DNA of 64,000 nt from Podarcis pityusensis (GCA_964106645.2 OZ067040.1), one strand, 5' to 3'; positions 38,506 to 50,834 are shown, counted from the stretch's first letter. The notes: generated by a model from the letters alone, not told the origin. Numbers and translations: made by a program.

Positions 38506-38956
38506 CAGGGATGTCCAACAGGTCGATTGTGATGTACTGGTAGATCCCCGTGAGGTTTTGGTAGATCGCGGTTGATCTCTGGCTCCCTTTCCTTAGTGTT
38601 GCTAAAACTGACTCCTGCCATGCCCCCTCTCCCCTCCCTCCATTGCTGTATGATCTCTGGAAGGGAAGACAGAGCTTTCTCTGTGCTGCAGTTTTGATCC
38701 ATAGCGATCTTCTTGTGAGTGTCTTTACCCCTCTGTCCTTTGCCTTTAACCCCCAAAATGGAACTCCCCCCAAAAGCATTTTTAACCTCCCTTTAAAAAG
38801 CTCAACAACTTTGAGTTGCCCCCCCAAATGGGCCTTTCCTCCTACCTAAAAAAAGGTGAAGAACTTTGAGCTGAACCCAGAAAAACCAGGGGTAGATCAC
38901 TGCCAGTTTTTATTTCTGAAAGTAGATCGCAGTCTCTTGAGAGTTGGCCATCCCTG
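38506..38956. mobile_element. Non-autonomous hAT-Charlie element
   Basis: TIRs CAGGGATGTCCAAC / GTTGGCCATCCCTG; perfect TSD ATCTAGAT (38498-38505, 38957-38964) fits the NTCTAGAN Charlie target; subterminal GTAGATC repeats. Confidence 0.9.
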
Positions 38957-39040
38957 ATCTAGATTATGCCTGCTGGATAGTAATTGGATCACCTCTACAC
39001 TAGGAGGCACAGTTATGCTTGGGGAAGGGGAATTTACAGT

Positions 39041-39663
39041 AGGTAGCTGCCTTATCAGACCATTGTTCCACCTAGTTCAGGGGTCTGCAACCTTTAAGAC
39101 AAAAAGAGCCACTTGGACCCGTTTCCGAAGAAAAAAAACCTGGGAGCCGCAAAACTCGTCATTATAAAAATAACTTTTTTGTCACTTTACTCCTCCTCAT
39201 AGAAATAAACATTAAATTAACAAGTTACCTTTTTGTGTGTGTGTGTTCTTCACTCCCCTTCAAAACAGTGACCAGCGTACATGCCCCCTTTCAATGCAGT
39301 GACCAGCGTACATGCCCCTTACAATGTAGCGGGCGGGCGGGCGGGAAGGTGACGTCGGGACGGTGCGTGACTAATGCACTCACTGCCCCCATGCGATGTC
39401 ACAGCCAGTACAGTGCCCGCCACAGTGGGGAGTGTCGGGGCGCACAATGCGCCTCCTCCCCTCATTAGTATCCATCCCGGAGCCGCGGCAAAGGTGTAAA
39501 AGAGCCACATGCGGCTCCGGAGCCGCGGGTTGCAGACCCCTGACCTAGTTCAGTACTGTTTACACTGATGGGCAGCAGCTCCTCAGCCTTACCTGGAGGT
39601 GAAGAGCATTGACCCTGAAACTTCAGCATGCAAGGCAGATTCTCCATCACTGAGCTGTGGCTC
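39041..39663 (-). mobile_element. Old tRNA-headed SINE (Squam2/ACASINE2-like) split by a hAT insertion
   Basis: AGCTGCCTTATCAGACCATTGTTCCACCTAGTT resumes after 39542 as CAGTACTGTTTACACTGATGGGCAGCAGCTC...GCATGCAAGGCAG...CACTGAGCT; homologous to 45861-46055. Confidence 0.65.
39078..39542. mobile_element. Young non-autonomous hAT-Charlie element
   Basis: Perfect 15-bp TIRs CAGGGGTCTGCAACC / GGTTGCAGACCCCTG; perfect TSD ACCTAGTT (39070-39077, 39543-39550); CpG-rich; internal ~30-bp tandem duplication at 39267-39325. Confidence 0.93.
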
Positions 39664-40920
39664 TTACATCAGTAGGATGGCTAGCAGTAAAAGGTGGAAA
39701 AGGAACATACCCTCCTTTATCTATTTGCCTTCTCCCTACGATCCTTAGGATTGAAAGAGGGGAAGGGTATCTAGGATGTTTGTAGGATTCCCCCTGCCTG
39801 TTGTGGGTGATGCATACAAAGGGGTGCCCTGTGCATATTTCAGGCTGTAGGTTCCTAACCTAATGGCTGTGAATGTGCTTACCAGTGGCTTTCTCAGTGC
39901 ATCATGCTTAGAACTCTCCTGCTCCAGGTATCTGGAGACTCAGTCAGCATTTGTGGTTGGGTGATTTGATCACATTAAGAAATGGGCAGGGAGGAAATCG
40001 CCCACAAAGTGCAGAAGCTTTGTGTCCCTTGCATATAGATTGTGAAAGCTGCTCTTGTGTCTATTTTGAAGGAGGCCTGCTGGTGCGAAGCGACATGCTT
40101 TCTTGTCCTTGGTTCCCCAAATCTCAGTTTAGTGTACCTTCTTTGACCAAATGGAGATCTTTTGTCAATAATCTAAGGAAATTCTCAAAATGGCAACAAA
40201 GCCATTTTTCTTGAAAACAGGGACATCTGATGGCTAGTGTTAACTTTTACATGGCAGTCATTAGCGCAGTAGATCAAGAGAGCTGGCCTGTAAATTATCT
40301 CCTTTCAGTTTGCTAATTTTCAAAATTTTAATGATTTTTTAATCTAGCTTTCCACTTGTCCCCACTTTATCCATCATCATTGTCAGCTGTAGGTTTCATT
40401 CTTCTTTTCCTCCTACCATGTGTTCTATTTCCCTACTTTATGTGTCTTATAATTTCTCTTTTTATTAAAAAAACCCCTCTTGCATGTATATATCCACATA
40501 TACACGCTTGATCTTCTGACCATTTTAATCTTTTTACACTTTCTGTCTTTTACATCTCTCCTCTCCTCCTTGCCCCCAGTCATTCTTTTCTGAAATACCT
40601 TAAATTCAGCAATCTTTTTTCTGGCGTTGTGTATGCATTTTCCATTGCTACAAATTGCTACACATTTTTAAATGGAAAACTAGATAGAAACTATAAAAGT
40701 TTCCACAGCTGCAACTTTTCCACTTCTGGTTTTTATTGCAACAGTGTTTTTTAACTTGAGCTATCCTGTTTCATAACACTCATCTCAATTAAGCTGCCCA
40801 AATTAATGAAAAAATATATAAAAGACCCACAGCCCAAAATCTAATTGACAACGCTGAAGTATCTGTTACCCAGACTTAAAATTGTGTGTTCTGCCCACAA
40901 GTCAATGGTACACTGTAGTT

Positions 40921-41055
40921 CAGAAAATTAATTGCACACTCCAAAAAATAACTGCCCAATTCAAAGATTAATTGCACAATCCAAAATTACTTGAATGGCC
41001 CAGAGATTAATTACACAGCCTGATGTTAGCTGCAAAACCAAAAGATGAATGGCTA
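40921..41055. repeat. Degenerate 20-bp minisatellite
   Basis: Units CAGAAAATTAATTGCACACT / CCAAAAAATAACTGCCCAAT / TCAAAGATTAATTGCACAAT / CCAAAATTACTTGAATGGC / CCAGAGATTAATTACACAGC. Confidence 0.65.
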
Positions 41056-41376
41056 TATATTACATTGCTCTGATTAAGCTTTTAAAAATGGATGGTCACT
41101 GAAACAGACTGATGAGTCTCCCAAATGATCCTTTTCCAAAGCGTTCTAAATTGAGAACACTTACCTTAATTTTGATTTTATTATCTTCCTTGCAGTGAAT
41201 TGGGGTCGGGGTGGGGATAAGAAAAGTTTGATTTCAAAATGCATTCAGTCCACACATGCCTTATTTCTGCTATTTCTTTGGTACTGTGCTTTTGCTGGTT
41301 TTCCTGGATAATCTCAAGGCTCACCTTGAAGAGTAACCCTAGCTGCACACTTTAGTGATTGTGCTTCTGTTGTAAC

Positions 41377-41665
41377 TGGGTTTGCCATATTTCAAACAGT
41401 GAAGGTCTGGACAGAAAAGTTGTTGAGTTTTTTTTTAAATATTATTTAGTTCTGCTTAAAGTTGTTGAGCTTTCTGGGCAAAAAAAAAAAAAAACATGCT
41501 GGTTTTGAATTATTTTTATGGAAAATCAGCAAAAGCAGCACTGCCAACATGGGCTGCCATACATTCAAATTTTCCGGGGACATTTCGACGGTTTTCACCC
41601 AGACACTGCTGCCGACTGCAGTATTCCGGATATGTCCGGGAAATCCCAGACATATAGCAACCCTA
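41377..41665. mobile_element. hAT-Blackjack-like MITE
   Basis: Termini TGGGTTTGCCATAT / ATATAGCAACCCTA (TAGGGTTGCCA-type TIR); subterminal CCGGA/GGACA motifs; TSD degraded (GTTGTAAC / GTTGACCC). Confidence 0.7.
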
Positions 41666-43108
41666 GTTGACCCTGAAGTACTTCTCCTAGCTTGCCCTCT
41701 AATATCAAAACCAGAAAATGTGGATGTCCACAGCTGTTTGTATGCCATGTGAATGTTGGGCAGCTTCAAACAAATGCAGTTATTGAGTTCTGAAGCCAAG
41801 TCTGCATGTCATCAGCAAAGGTTCATCTTTGATCTCCAAACATGGCCCACAGGGTTCTGTCTTTGTTGCTGTAATGCCCCAGGATTTCAGTGTTTTGGTT
41901 TCACTTCTATCACACCTGATTCTTGCCCTCTGTTATAAAAAGGCATGAATAAGGGACTGCAGAATAAGGACTTTAAATATGAGTGTGTTTGCTCTCAGTG
42001 TTGTGATGACTGTAATTATTATACCATTTGCATCTTTGAGACTGCATGGTTTTTTCTCTTCATCTGCAAACAAATGGGAAATGCATTTTCCGAATGTATG
42101 ATCTGTAGCTGGAATTAGAAACCATTGCCATAACCTATTTGGACTCTGGTTCTAGCAAGAGTGTTCTTGATAAGCAGATCATTAATCAAATGTCTCTTTT
42201 CTGCTATTGAAGGCAACTCATTAATTCAAAGTAAGCAGAAGAAGAGCATTTACATGAAGCTCCTTTCCCGTTTTTTAATTACACCAAGCCTGCATGTTAG
42301 ATTCAGTAGATGAAAAATGAAAGTATGCCTTTATTTTAATCATGATTTTAATAATTTTGTTTTCAAAGGCAGGACGATAAATAGAGTTGCCGACACATAG
42401 TGCTCCAGGTTTTTATTTCCACTTAATTGCAAAACTCCATTTCCTTCCTTGGGTATATCTTGGCCAAATCCTGCCATTCTAATTTAGAACTACTTGGGCC
42501 ACAATGCAAATAAGCTCTTGCTGGTGCAGAAAGAAGTCACATCAACATGCACAGGCTACGATGACGTGCCTTTACCACCAGAATATAACTGAATCCTTGA
42601 AGCAAATATATTTTGGCAGAGTTCACAAACTGGACTGCTAGACTGCTTTTCAGATGTGAAAGGTAGGCTTTTGCATCAGGGAAATAACTAGAAAACAGTT
42701 ATTTGGAGCTGTCCTCCATCCAGGCTAAGGTTTTACAGAACTGACTTCTTCATGGGTCAAAAAACTCAATAGTGAAAATAGCAAATGTCACACAGCAGAG
42801 TAGTATATTCTTAAGTAGCTAGGGCTCCATGTACTTTAAAGGCCACTCTATCTTTTGTTCCATTGTGATTTAAGAGCAAGCAAGGATGTCTCTTTGCTTA
42901 CAACAGCTGCATTCCAAATTAAAAAAACAGAGTGGTGTTTTGTATAGCTGCTCCACAATTTTGAAACTCATTTCCCATGAGGTACCGGTACTTAAAAGTC
43001 TGAACCTGAGAATTTTTGTGGTGGGGTGGGGGAGAGGATGGATGACATCAAACTAGACCAAATATTTTGACTCAGTTTCTCTCACCCCTGCAAAATATGG
43101 ATGGAGAG

Positions 43109-43188
43109 AACAAGGAGAAGGGATGCTGAAAACCAAAATATTTTGCAGGTTAAGGGTTGGGAGAAAAATATATTTAAAATGGACCAGA
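43109..43188 (+). repeat. Left arm of an ~80-bp inverted duplication (partner 44206-44283)
   Basis: AACAAGGAGAAGGGATGCTGAAAACCAAAATATTTTGCAGGTTAAGGGTTGGGAGAAAAATAT..AAAATGGACCAGA. Confidence 0.9.
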
Positions 43189-43737
43189 CTTTGGCTCTCT
43201 TGCTTGAATACTAGATTACACTATATTTTTGTTTGTGGCTTTGCATTTCAAGCATAGTACAATCCAAAAGTCACAGATGAGAAACTGCATCTAAATTCAA
43301 TGTGACAATGACAGTAATCTGCTGAAATCTCTTTCCACATAAGACCTAAAGAAACAAACAGGAATTGTAAACAATGCTTTGGCATTTTGCACAGAATCAC
43401 AAGCTAGTAAGAAGTTTTGAACAGTAAACAAAGACCAGCTATTTTCCATGAGTGAAACATTTTAAAACTAATTTAGTACTATTCTTGTTTCCAAATAGAA
43501 TTGAATGGAACTTAAATCAATCCTCTCATCTTTCTCTTTCCAGTTTTCCTCTAGAAGAGTCAGGGCAGATGGTCCACAACCACCCAATAAAATCCCGATA
43601 TGACACAAAAGGGACATACAAAACTGTTGTAAAAGTGCTGCAATATCTGTTTAGAATAGCACTGAGCTGAAAATGCAGTTCAATTTGCAGCAGCCCTGTT
43701 TGCAGGCTCAAAAAATGGGGCAGATATTTTGGCAATA

Positions 43738-43990
43738 CAGTGGTACCTCGGTTTATGAACAGTCCTGTTTCCGAACTATTCAGTTCTCCGCAACTATTCA
43801 GGACTCCGCAAAAACGGAAGTAGTGTCCCCGTTTGCGAACTTTACCTTGGTCTAAGAATGGAAGCCGAACGGTGGTAGGGCACTGGTGGCGGAAGCCCTC
43901 ATTAGGGAAAGCGCATCTCAGTTTAAGAACAGTTTCGGTTTAAGAATGGACTTCTGGAATGGATTAAGTTCATAAACCGAGGTACCACTG
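43738..43990. mobile_element. Tc1/mariner-superfamily (pogo/Tigger-like) MITE, second subfamily
   Basis: TIRs CAGTGGTACCTCGGTTTATGAAC / GTTCATAAACCGAGGTACCACTG (perfect 23 bp); TA TSD. Confidence 0.92.
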
Positions 43991-44205
43991 TATTAGTTTT
44001 GAAAAATCAGTGAGTGCTTACTATGATGGTATGAGCAGCATTTTAATTAGATTTTTTCTTTTTACAAACATTTGAAGTTGATGCACTGCCATTTTTCTCA
44101 ACGCTTCTGTTTAAATGACAGCATGTCAACCCACAACATCATTTCAGAGGCATTGCTGGGGAGCAAGAGAGTGTGATCCCATCATTTATGATTGCAACCC
44201 TCACC

Positions 44206-44283
44206 TCTGGTCCATTTTTAATATTTTTCTCCCAACCCTTAACCTGCAAAATATTTTTGTTTTCAGCATCCCTTCTCCTTGTT
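44206..44283 (-). repeat. Right arm of the ~80-bp inverted duplication (partner 43109-43188)
   Basis: Reverse complement of 43109-43188 with about 2 substitutions and a 2-bp indel. Confidence 0.9.
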
Positions 44284-45860
44284 GCCAAGTCACAAGATCA
44301 AGCCTCTTTCCCTCTTACACCCACATACTCTACAGAGGTATAATTATTAGGAGTAGATACTCTAATAGCTAGATGACCAGTCTAGGAGTTCTGAGTGATA
44401 GAGGAGGAAGTGGGGTGGTAGTTGTGGCATCAGATACATTGTGCTGCAGAGTTCTTGCCCCTTCCATCATACCAAAAGTCATTGTTTTCTGCACCAACTT
44501 TTCTACTCTTTCCCCCAGCTACAATGGATTATTTGTTCAAGCCTTCTTCTTTCACATCCTTTGTTATCTTAGGATGCCAACACATCCTCATAGACTTATT
44601 AGTCTGGTAACACTGGTATGGAGTATGTGTTAAATGTAGAGTTTTCATCCAGACTGAGGTCACACCCAGAAGGTCCTGGTGGGCTGCTGTTCCTTGTACT
44701 TCGGAGAAGACGACGTATCCTAGGCTTTGAAGTGTGTCTTTATCTAGCTTTGTTTTGCAGTGTTGAAATAGTTTTGTGACAAAGCTATTTTACTTGTTGC
44801 TTCTTTCAGGGTAAGCAGAGTGTTCTTTTCTAATCTGAACATCATTCCCACCATTTACAATTGGTTTATTTCATACCAAGGTCATTAATGACTGATACAA
44901 TTTGGGGCTGGTATAGTAGAAATGTGAAGGCAGCTTATAAATAAAAGAGAAACAGTTTGTGCTTAGAAACTTAACTGGAGGCGTGATGACCTCTTGAGCA
45001 CGTTGCATTACTTGACCTAGAAGGAACATGAGTGAATGCAGCATAAAAACACACCTATTAAAAGTGCAAGAGTACCAATTTTCAGGGGACAGAAGCGGCT
45101 TATTTGGCTTTGAACAAATTCACTGGGTCCAATCTGACCATGTGTGCTGGCCAGCTGCATGCTGGGGAGGAGGAACCTCCCTGCATGTCCTGTCCTGACC
45201 CTGATAAGAAGCATATGGGACAAGATGTCAAGGCAGGCCAGTAACTGCAGCACCCTGGAGAGCTCCAAGTGAGCAACTTGCTTCAATTAAGTCTAGAATT
45301 GGACTGAAATGAAATTCCTCCAGGGCCAGATCATCTCTCCCAGCCCCTTCCATGAAGGGGGGAAAGTTTTAAAGGGGCAGGCCTGTCTTGGAGCCCAGCT
45401 CTCCTCCTTTCTTTGGACCATTCTCTCCAGGCTTGTATCCTATGCTGATGCGCTGATATGAGAATGTGCAGTGGGGAAATGGTTGCTTTGGGGGCAAGGA
45501 GGTTCAGGCTCTGAGGACAGACATTCTGGAGGTCCTGATTCATGCTCAAGGGCCCCCGAAGCAAATGGGCTCAGGCTCAACACTAGTGGCTAAAATTGTG
45601 GAAACCTTTAGGAAAACATTGTTGCAATTATTGTGGCCATCCTGTATCTCTGCACATGCACGCACAGAGCTTTTCTGGATCAGGTGAGATATCTTTAAAC
45701 CCACTATCCCAGATGTGATGATGGAGTTCACTGAGAACAAACAGGAATAAGTTAGTCTGTTTCAGTTGGGATGACAGCTAGAGTACCCAGGGAGATATGC
45801 AAAGCTGAACATATATACATTGTAAGGTTTAAGCTATAAATTATAGATCCTCACAAAAGT

Positions 45861-46055
45861 AAGGAACATAAAAAGCTATCTTACAGCGAGTCAGATCACT
45901 GCTCCATCTATCTCCGTATTGTCCACACTGACTAGTAATAACTCTCCACAGAGTTTTAGACAGTGGGCATCCCTTTTGTTGTCTGGAGGTACCAGCAATA
46001 GACCCTGGGACCTTCTGCATGCAAAGCAGGTCTGCCACTGAGCTACAGGGTCCCC
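45861..46055 (-). mobile_element. tRNA-headed (Ala-like) squamate SINE, Squam2/ACASINE2-like
   Basis: Minus-strand head TGTAGCTCAGTGGCAGACCTGCTTTGCATGCAGAAGGTCCCAGGGTC; tail ...GCTTTTTATGTTCCTT; homologous to 12231-12413. Confidence 0.75.
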
Positions 46056-47490
46056 CGCCCCAAGGCTTGAATGATAACACAACACTAATGTTTTTGTGAG
46101 AAGTAAGATGGATTGATTGTATCCAGCTGTGAGCCTTTTGGAAGGAGATGGTGGAATCTAAATAAAACATGGAGTTACATTTGATTAGTGGCTGTTCACA
46201 ATTAGTGACCCAATTTGGATTTTAACAGCTTTTTCAGCTAGATAAAGTCATTCCTCAGATCTTCTCGCTGACAAGTCTTTTACATAATATTGTGCAACTC
46301 CCCCTCCTATTTTTTCTCTTCTATTCTTACGTTGACAACTCTCATTTCCCCTCTACATAGCATTTACAAGTTCTTGTTATTCTTCTTGTGGAGCTGTCAC
46401 CAGTTCACAATTACTTTTCATTCCAGAGTTTTCTGGCTGTATCTGATTAACCTTTAGTAAACACAGTAAAAATACAGGTACATTCGTCAGCCAACTTTGG
46501 TCTCTAGTAGATGCAAGCAACAAATTATTTCACCCTTTTGCTATTACTGGCTTTTGACAGGTGCTGTAATCTGTTTATTCTTTATGTACAGCCACCATGT
46601 AGGACAAAATTCATAGAATCATAGAGTTGGAAGAGACCTCAAGGCAGTTATCAAATTATCCTCACCTGTCTCTTGATCTGGATGCTTAAGCTTTTATCTC
46701 CCACACTCATTTTGGTACCCAACTGAGTCATCAAATCTTTAGCAAGATAAGGTGAAATGGGATGATTTCCTCTTTTTTCTTGAATGAGAGATACATGACA
46801 AAGAAACAGGCTCACTTGGAAGCAAAATAGAATCCCTGGCACATCATTGCCCTCAAGCCATGCATCACATCTCTGTCACCAGATACAAGAAATTGCCCTG
46901 AGGCTTTTCATATTCTCTAGGAGGCAAGCTCAAAAAGCCAGAGGTGGAAGGAGAATATCAGGAGTATGACTCAAGACATAGTTTGATTCTACCTTCTGGA
47001 GATGTTTTGTGAAAAAATGCTGCCAGTCTCTTTTTCATTTCTTTATTATGAGCATACATAGATACAGTGCTTCTTTTCTGTAGGTGTTCAAGGATACTTG
47101 GTACCAGAATCTTTTTTCTAAAAGAAAAGCACTGCATAGATGGTACAAAAAACTGCTTGCAATTTCCATTTCTCTCCAATTTTTTTATAAATAACTAACC
47201 AATCCATCCCAAACTGATGGTAAACAAGCACTAATGGGGCATTTTACAACCCCACAGAGTAAACTTCTACAGGTTTATATATCCATAGCTATTCCCTGCT
47301 TCTCCTCTTTCTAATTTGAGAGAGGGTTTGCTAAAACTCAGTTCAGAATTTGTTCTTACAGCCAGGGCATGTGAAGTAACAAAAACTATTTTTACTTAAT
47401 GTATTTATATCCCACCTTTCTCCCAGGTTGGAATTCAAAGATGCTTAAATTTAATAATACATTATTTGGAAATAAAACAAAAACAACCTA

Positions 47491-48185
47491 CCGTATTTTT
47501 CGTTCCATAGGATGCACCTAGTTTTTTTTGGGGGGGGGAATAAAGGGGGAAAAAAATTCCCTTTATTTCCCCCCCAAAACCAGGTCAGGGAAACCGAACC
47601 AGGTCGTGGAACAGCGGGATGGCGGCGCTGCGCCTCCCTGCTGTCCCCCGAGCTTGTGGGGCTGGCCGATGTCTGCCCGGCATGCGGGGCGCTCTGCTTC
47701 AACGTGCCCTGCCCGCCGGGCGGCAGGCTGCTATCCGCCGTGTGGGGAGCCCTGCGGGGAACTCCTGCAGGGCTCCCCACGCTGCGGATGTCTGCCCAGC
47801 GCGAGGGGCGCTCTGCTTCAGGGCGCCCTTCGCGCCGGGCAGCAGGCTGCTATCCGCAGCCTAGACTACCCTGCGGGAACTCCTGCAGGGCTGCCTAGGC
47901 TGCGGATGTGTTCCCGAAGCGCCGGGCACTCTGCTTTCAGCGCGCCCAGCACTCCGGGAAGCAGGCTGCTATCCGCAGCCTAGACAGCCCTGCAGGAACT
48001 CCCGCAGGGCTGCCTAGGCTGCGGGTGTCTTCCTGAAGCCTGGAGAGCGAGAGGGGTTGGTGCGCACAGACCCCTCTCGCTCTCCAAGCTTCAGCTAAAG
48101 CCTGCATTCGCCCCCTAGGACACACCCATATTTCCCCTTCATTTTTGGAGGGGAAAAAGTGCGTCTTATAGGGCGAAAAATACGG
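47491..48185. mobile_element. Tc2-like (CCGTA-TIR) non-autonomous DNA transposon carrying a GC-rich hairpin array
   Basis: ~27-bp TIRs CCGTATTTTTCGTTCCATAGGATGCAC / GTGCGTCTTATAGGGCGAAAAATACGG; TA on both sides. Confidence 0.92.
47669..48030. repeat. Three 119-bp tandem units, each made of two hairpins
   Basis: Anchor GCAGGCTGCTATCCGC at 47723, 47842 and 47961 (spacing 119, 119). Confidence 0.9.
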
Positions 48186-50770
48186 TAGTTAAAAACATTT
48201 TATGTGCAGGTTAAAATGTAAATGATCTACATGCGAGAGATGCTCAGTTTGAACTGTGGCTCTGTGGATTAGCTGCAGACGTTGTTTTGAAAGAGACACT
48301 GCCAATGATATGAGAATATGGACTACAATTTAAAAAACCCAGTGAATAATCCTTTTGTGTGCTTTCTCTTATTACCAAATGTGTGTCTGCTTTTTTCAAA
48401 AAAAATATCCTGTTTAACAGAAGCAAAATATCTCTGTGTTTCCGTCTTTATTTTCTAGAAAGAAAACAAGAAAATATTGGCAAAGTTATGCAAAACCTAT
48501 TCCAGTTGATGCATCTGGTGTTGTAGCATTCAGCTCTGAACAAGCAGCTTAGCTGCAAGCCCTAAATCCTCTAGGAACGGGATTTTTTTGTTGGCTAATT
48601 TTGCAAATACAGTGACTGGCCTTCTGTTATAATCAGGATCTTTTGTTCTTCTTGACATGCCATATAATGCTGTATCTCTCTTCTTATTAGTAAAGTGGAC
48701 ATGCAAAACACCAAAACAGAGGAAGGAACAGGAATAGAGGACATCCATACAGATAGGAGAGACCCTTGAGAAATGATTTTTAAAACCCTACTCCATGCCT
48801 TGCAGTCTGAAAGACCACAGACTAAACCAGATATACACCTGGCTGCTAGTGAGCCCATCGGCAATGCATTGCTTTCAAATGGAATGCAAATCTTCAAATG
48901 GAAGTGCATCATTCCATTGTTCTTGGAACTGTAGTTTATCCCTTAGAGCTGAAATGCCCAGCACCCTTAACAAACTGTAGTTCCCAGGGTTACTTGGGGG
49001 CGGGGAAGCTGTGAGCTTTCAACATGCATTAAATGAATTTAAAATGTATGTTGTGGATGTGACCTGTGTGCATTCCACTGAAAGCAATGCAGCCTGACTA
49101 GAAAGCATCCCCAGTCATATGAGGTTTTGGTTAGGCAGATCTGCTGTAGGCTTGCGATTCATTCCTGATCCAGCAAGTAACATGTGAGCCAACCATACGT
49201 CTATTGGAAACCCACAAGCAGCACCTGAGAGCAACAATATTCTCTCCTCCTGAGCTTTCCAGAACTGGTAAGATCTCCACTCTTTAGTACTACTTTAGTG
49301 CTAGTTCCATAAATCATTTTAAGGGCTAAGGTACAGACAAGTTCTCATTAAGGGAAAACTGTATCCATTATCGCTACCACCCCCTGGAATATTTTTTTCT
49401 GTCGTTAGATTTGGTAAAAGCATTCTGGGCAATAAACTACTGTTACGGTTTATGTCATGAGGCCAGGTGGGTAGAGCATTTTGTGGGCTTTTGTGTGCGC
49501 GCTTTTAAATCGTAATTTTAAAATATTAGAGGTATTTTGGTTTCAACAGCAGCACAGCTTGATTGGTTGCTAAGGGGCCTCCTCATTTTTATACACTTTT
49601 ACACTTGCAGTAAAAATCCATGCCAGAGACAGAAGACGCATCTTACCTTTGCTATTATGTGATCAGCAGCCCCAAGCACCACAAAATTGCAGGTCTACTT
49701 GTACACGGCTTTCAATCTGTTAAAAGTATTTTGCTTTCTTTATTTGTAACAACCATGCTTTAGCTTTATGTGCTAGATTTTTTAAAACAAATAAATAAAA
49801 GGAAGGAAGGAAGGGTGTGAAGAGAACTATGTGAGGTTGCACACTGCTCTAAGAATCAACAGGTTCACTAGTTCCTGTTTTCTGCCTCTGTCTGTTCCTG
49901 TTAACAGCCTTTTTAGAATGACAAGTACAGAGCAGCGCAGTGGCAATGGAGGAGAAGCATGGTAGGGTCATTGTAATTAATTCCCTGCCCAGTGTTTACA
50001 TCCGTTCATAGTCCCAGGCATAGGATGTTTGCTCTGGCTTGGAGCTTTGGTAATTCTGCCCTAAGCTGTTTGAGCAAGGGGAGAGCACATATTTGTTCAG
50101 TTTTATTTCTATATTGGCTACAGACTACAACAAAAATGCAAAAATATCATACATAAAATGATTGACAGCAGAATAAATATCTAACAGATTATAACAGTGG
50201 CCAGCCTTCTCTAACCTTGGGTTCCCAGATGTGGGCTAGACTCCAAATCCCATCATCCTTATTGCCCATGCTGGTTGGGGATGATAGGGCTGGTAATCAA
50301 GATAGCACCCACTTGCACATTAACAAAGAAGATGCTAATCTATCTGCAGAGATGCACATTTGGAGAGAGTTACAATGATTTAAATAGAAGTCTGATATGT
50401 AGACAAGAGTGTGATCAAGTGACCTGTGTGCCTACTCAGTCTGCTGTCTAGGTGCTAAGTGTACATAGGCAACATCATGGATACTGACCTCTGTATTTGT
50501 TTATTTATTTATTTGTTTATTAAATTTGTATACTGCCCTATTCCCGTAGATCTCAGGGCAGATCACAGCATAAACACTGACCCATTGCATCTTCTATGTT
50601 TATTTATTTATCTTTTATGTTTATTCAATATTTAGCTAGATTTTATAATGCTGAATGCCTTTGGTGCATTTTAGTTTGGACAAAATTGTCCAGACATTTA
50701 AAACTGTTTTTTTAAAAAAAAGCTTACCATCGATTTTCTTGAATGTTTCAAATAGCTGTTTTAAACTGTT

Positions 50771-50796
50771 GATAAATGATAGATATATGGTAGATG

Positions 50797-50834
<38 letters not shown>
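50771..50834. repeat. (GATA)n microsatellite
   Basis: Perfect run 50797-50834 with a degenerate left flank. Confidence 0.95.

Noticed and set aside
47451-48125. Overlapping GC-rich ORFs, CpG-island promoter or CRISPR-like array
   Set aside because: All lie inside a TIR/TA-bounded MITE. The ORFs reflect GC content, the variable parts are homologous hairpin stems rather than unique spacers, and there are no cas genes in this eukaryotic DNA.
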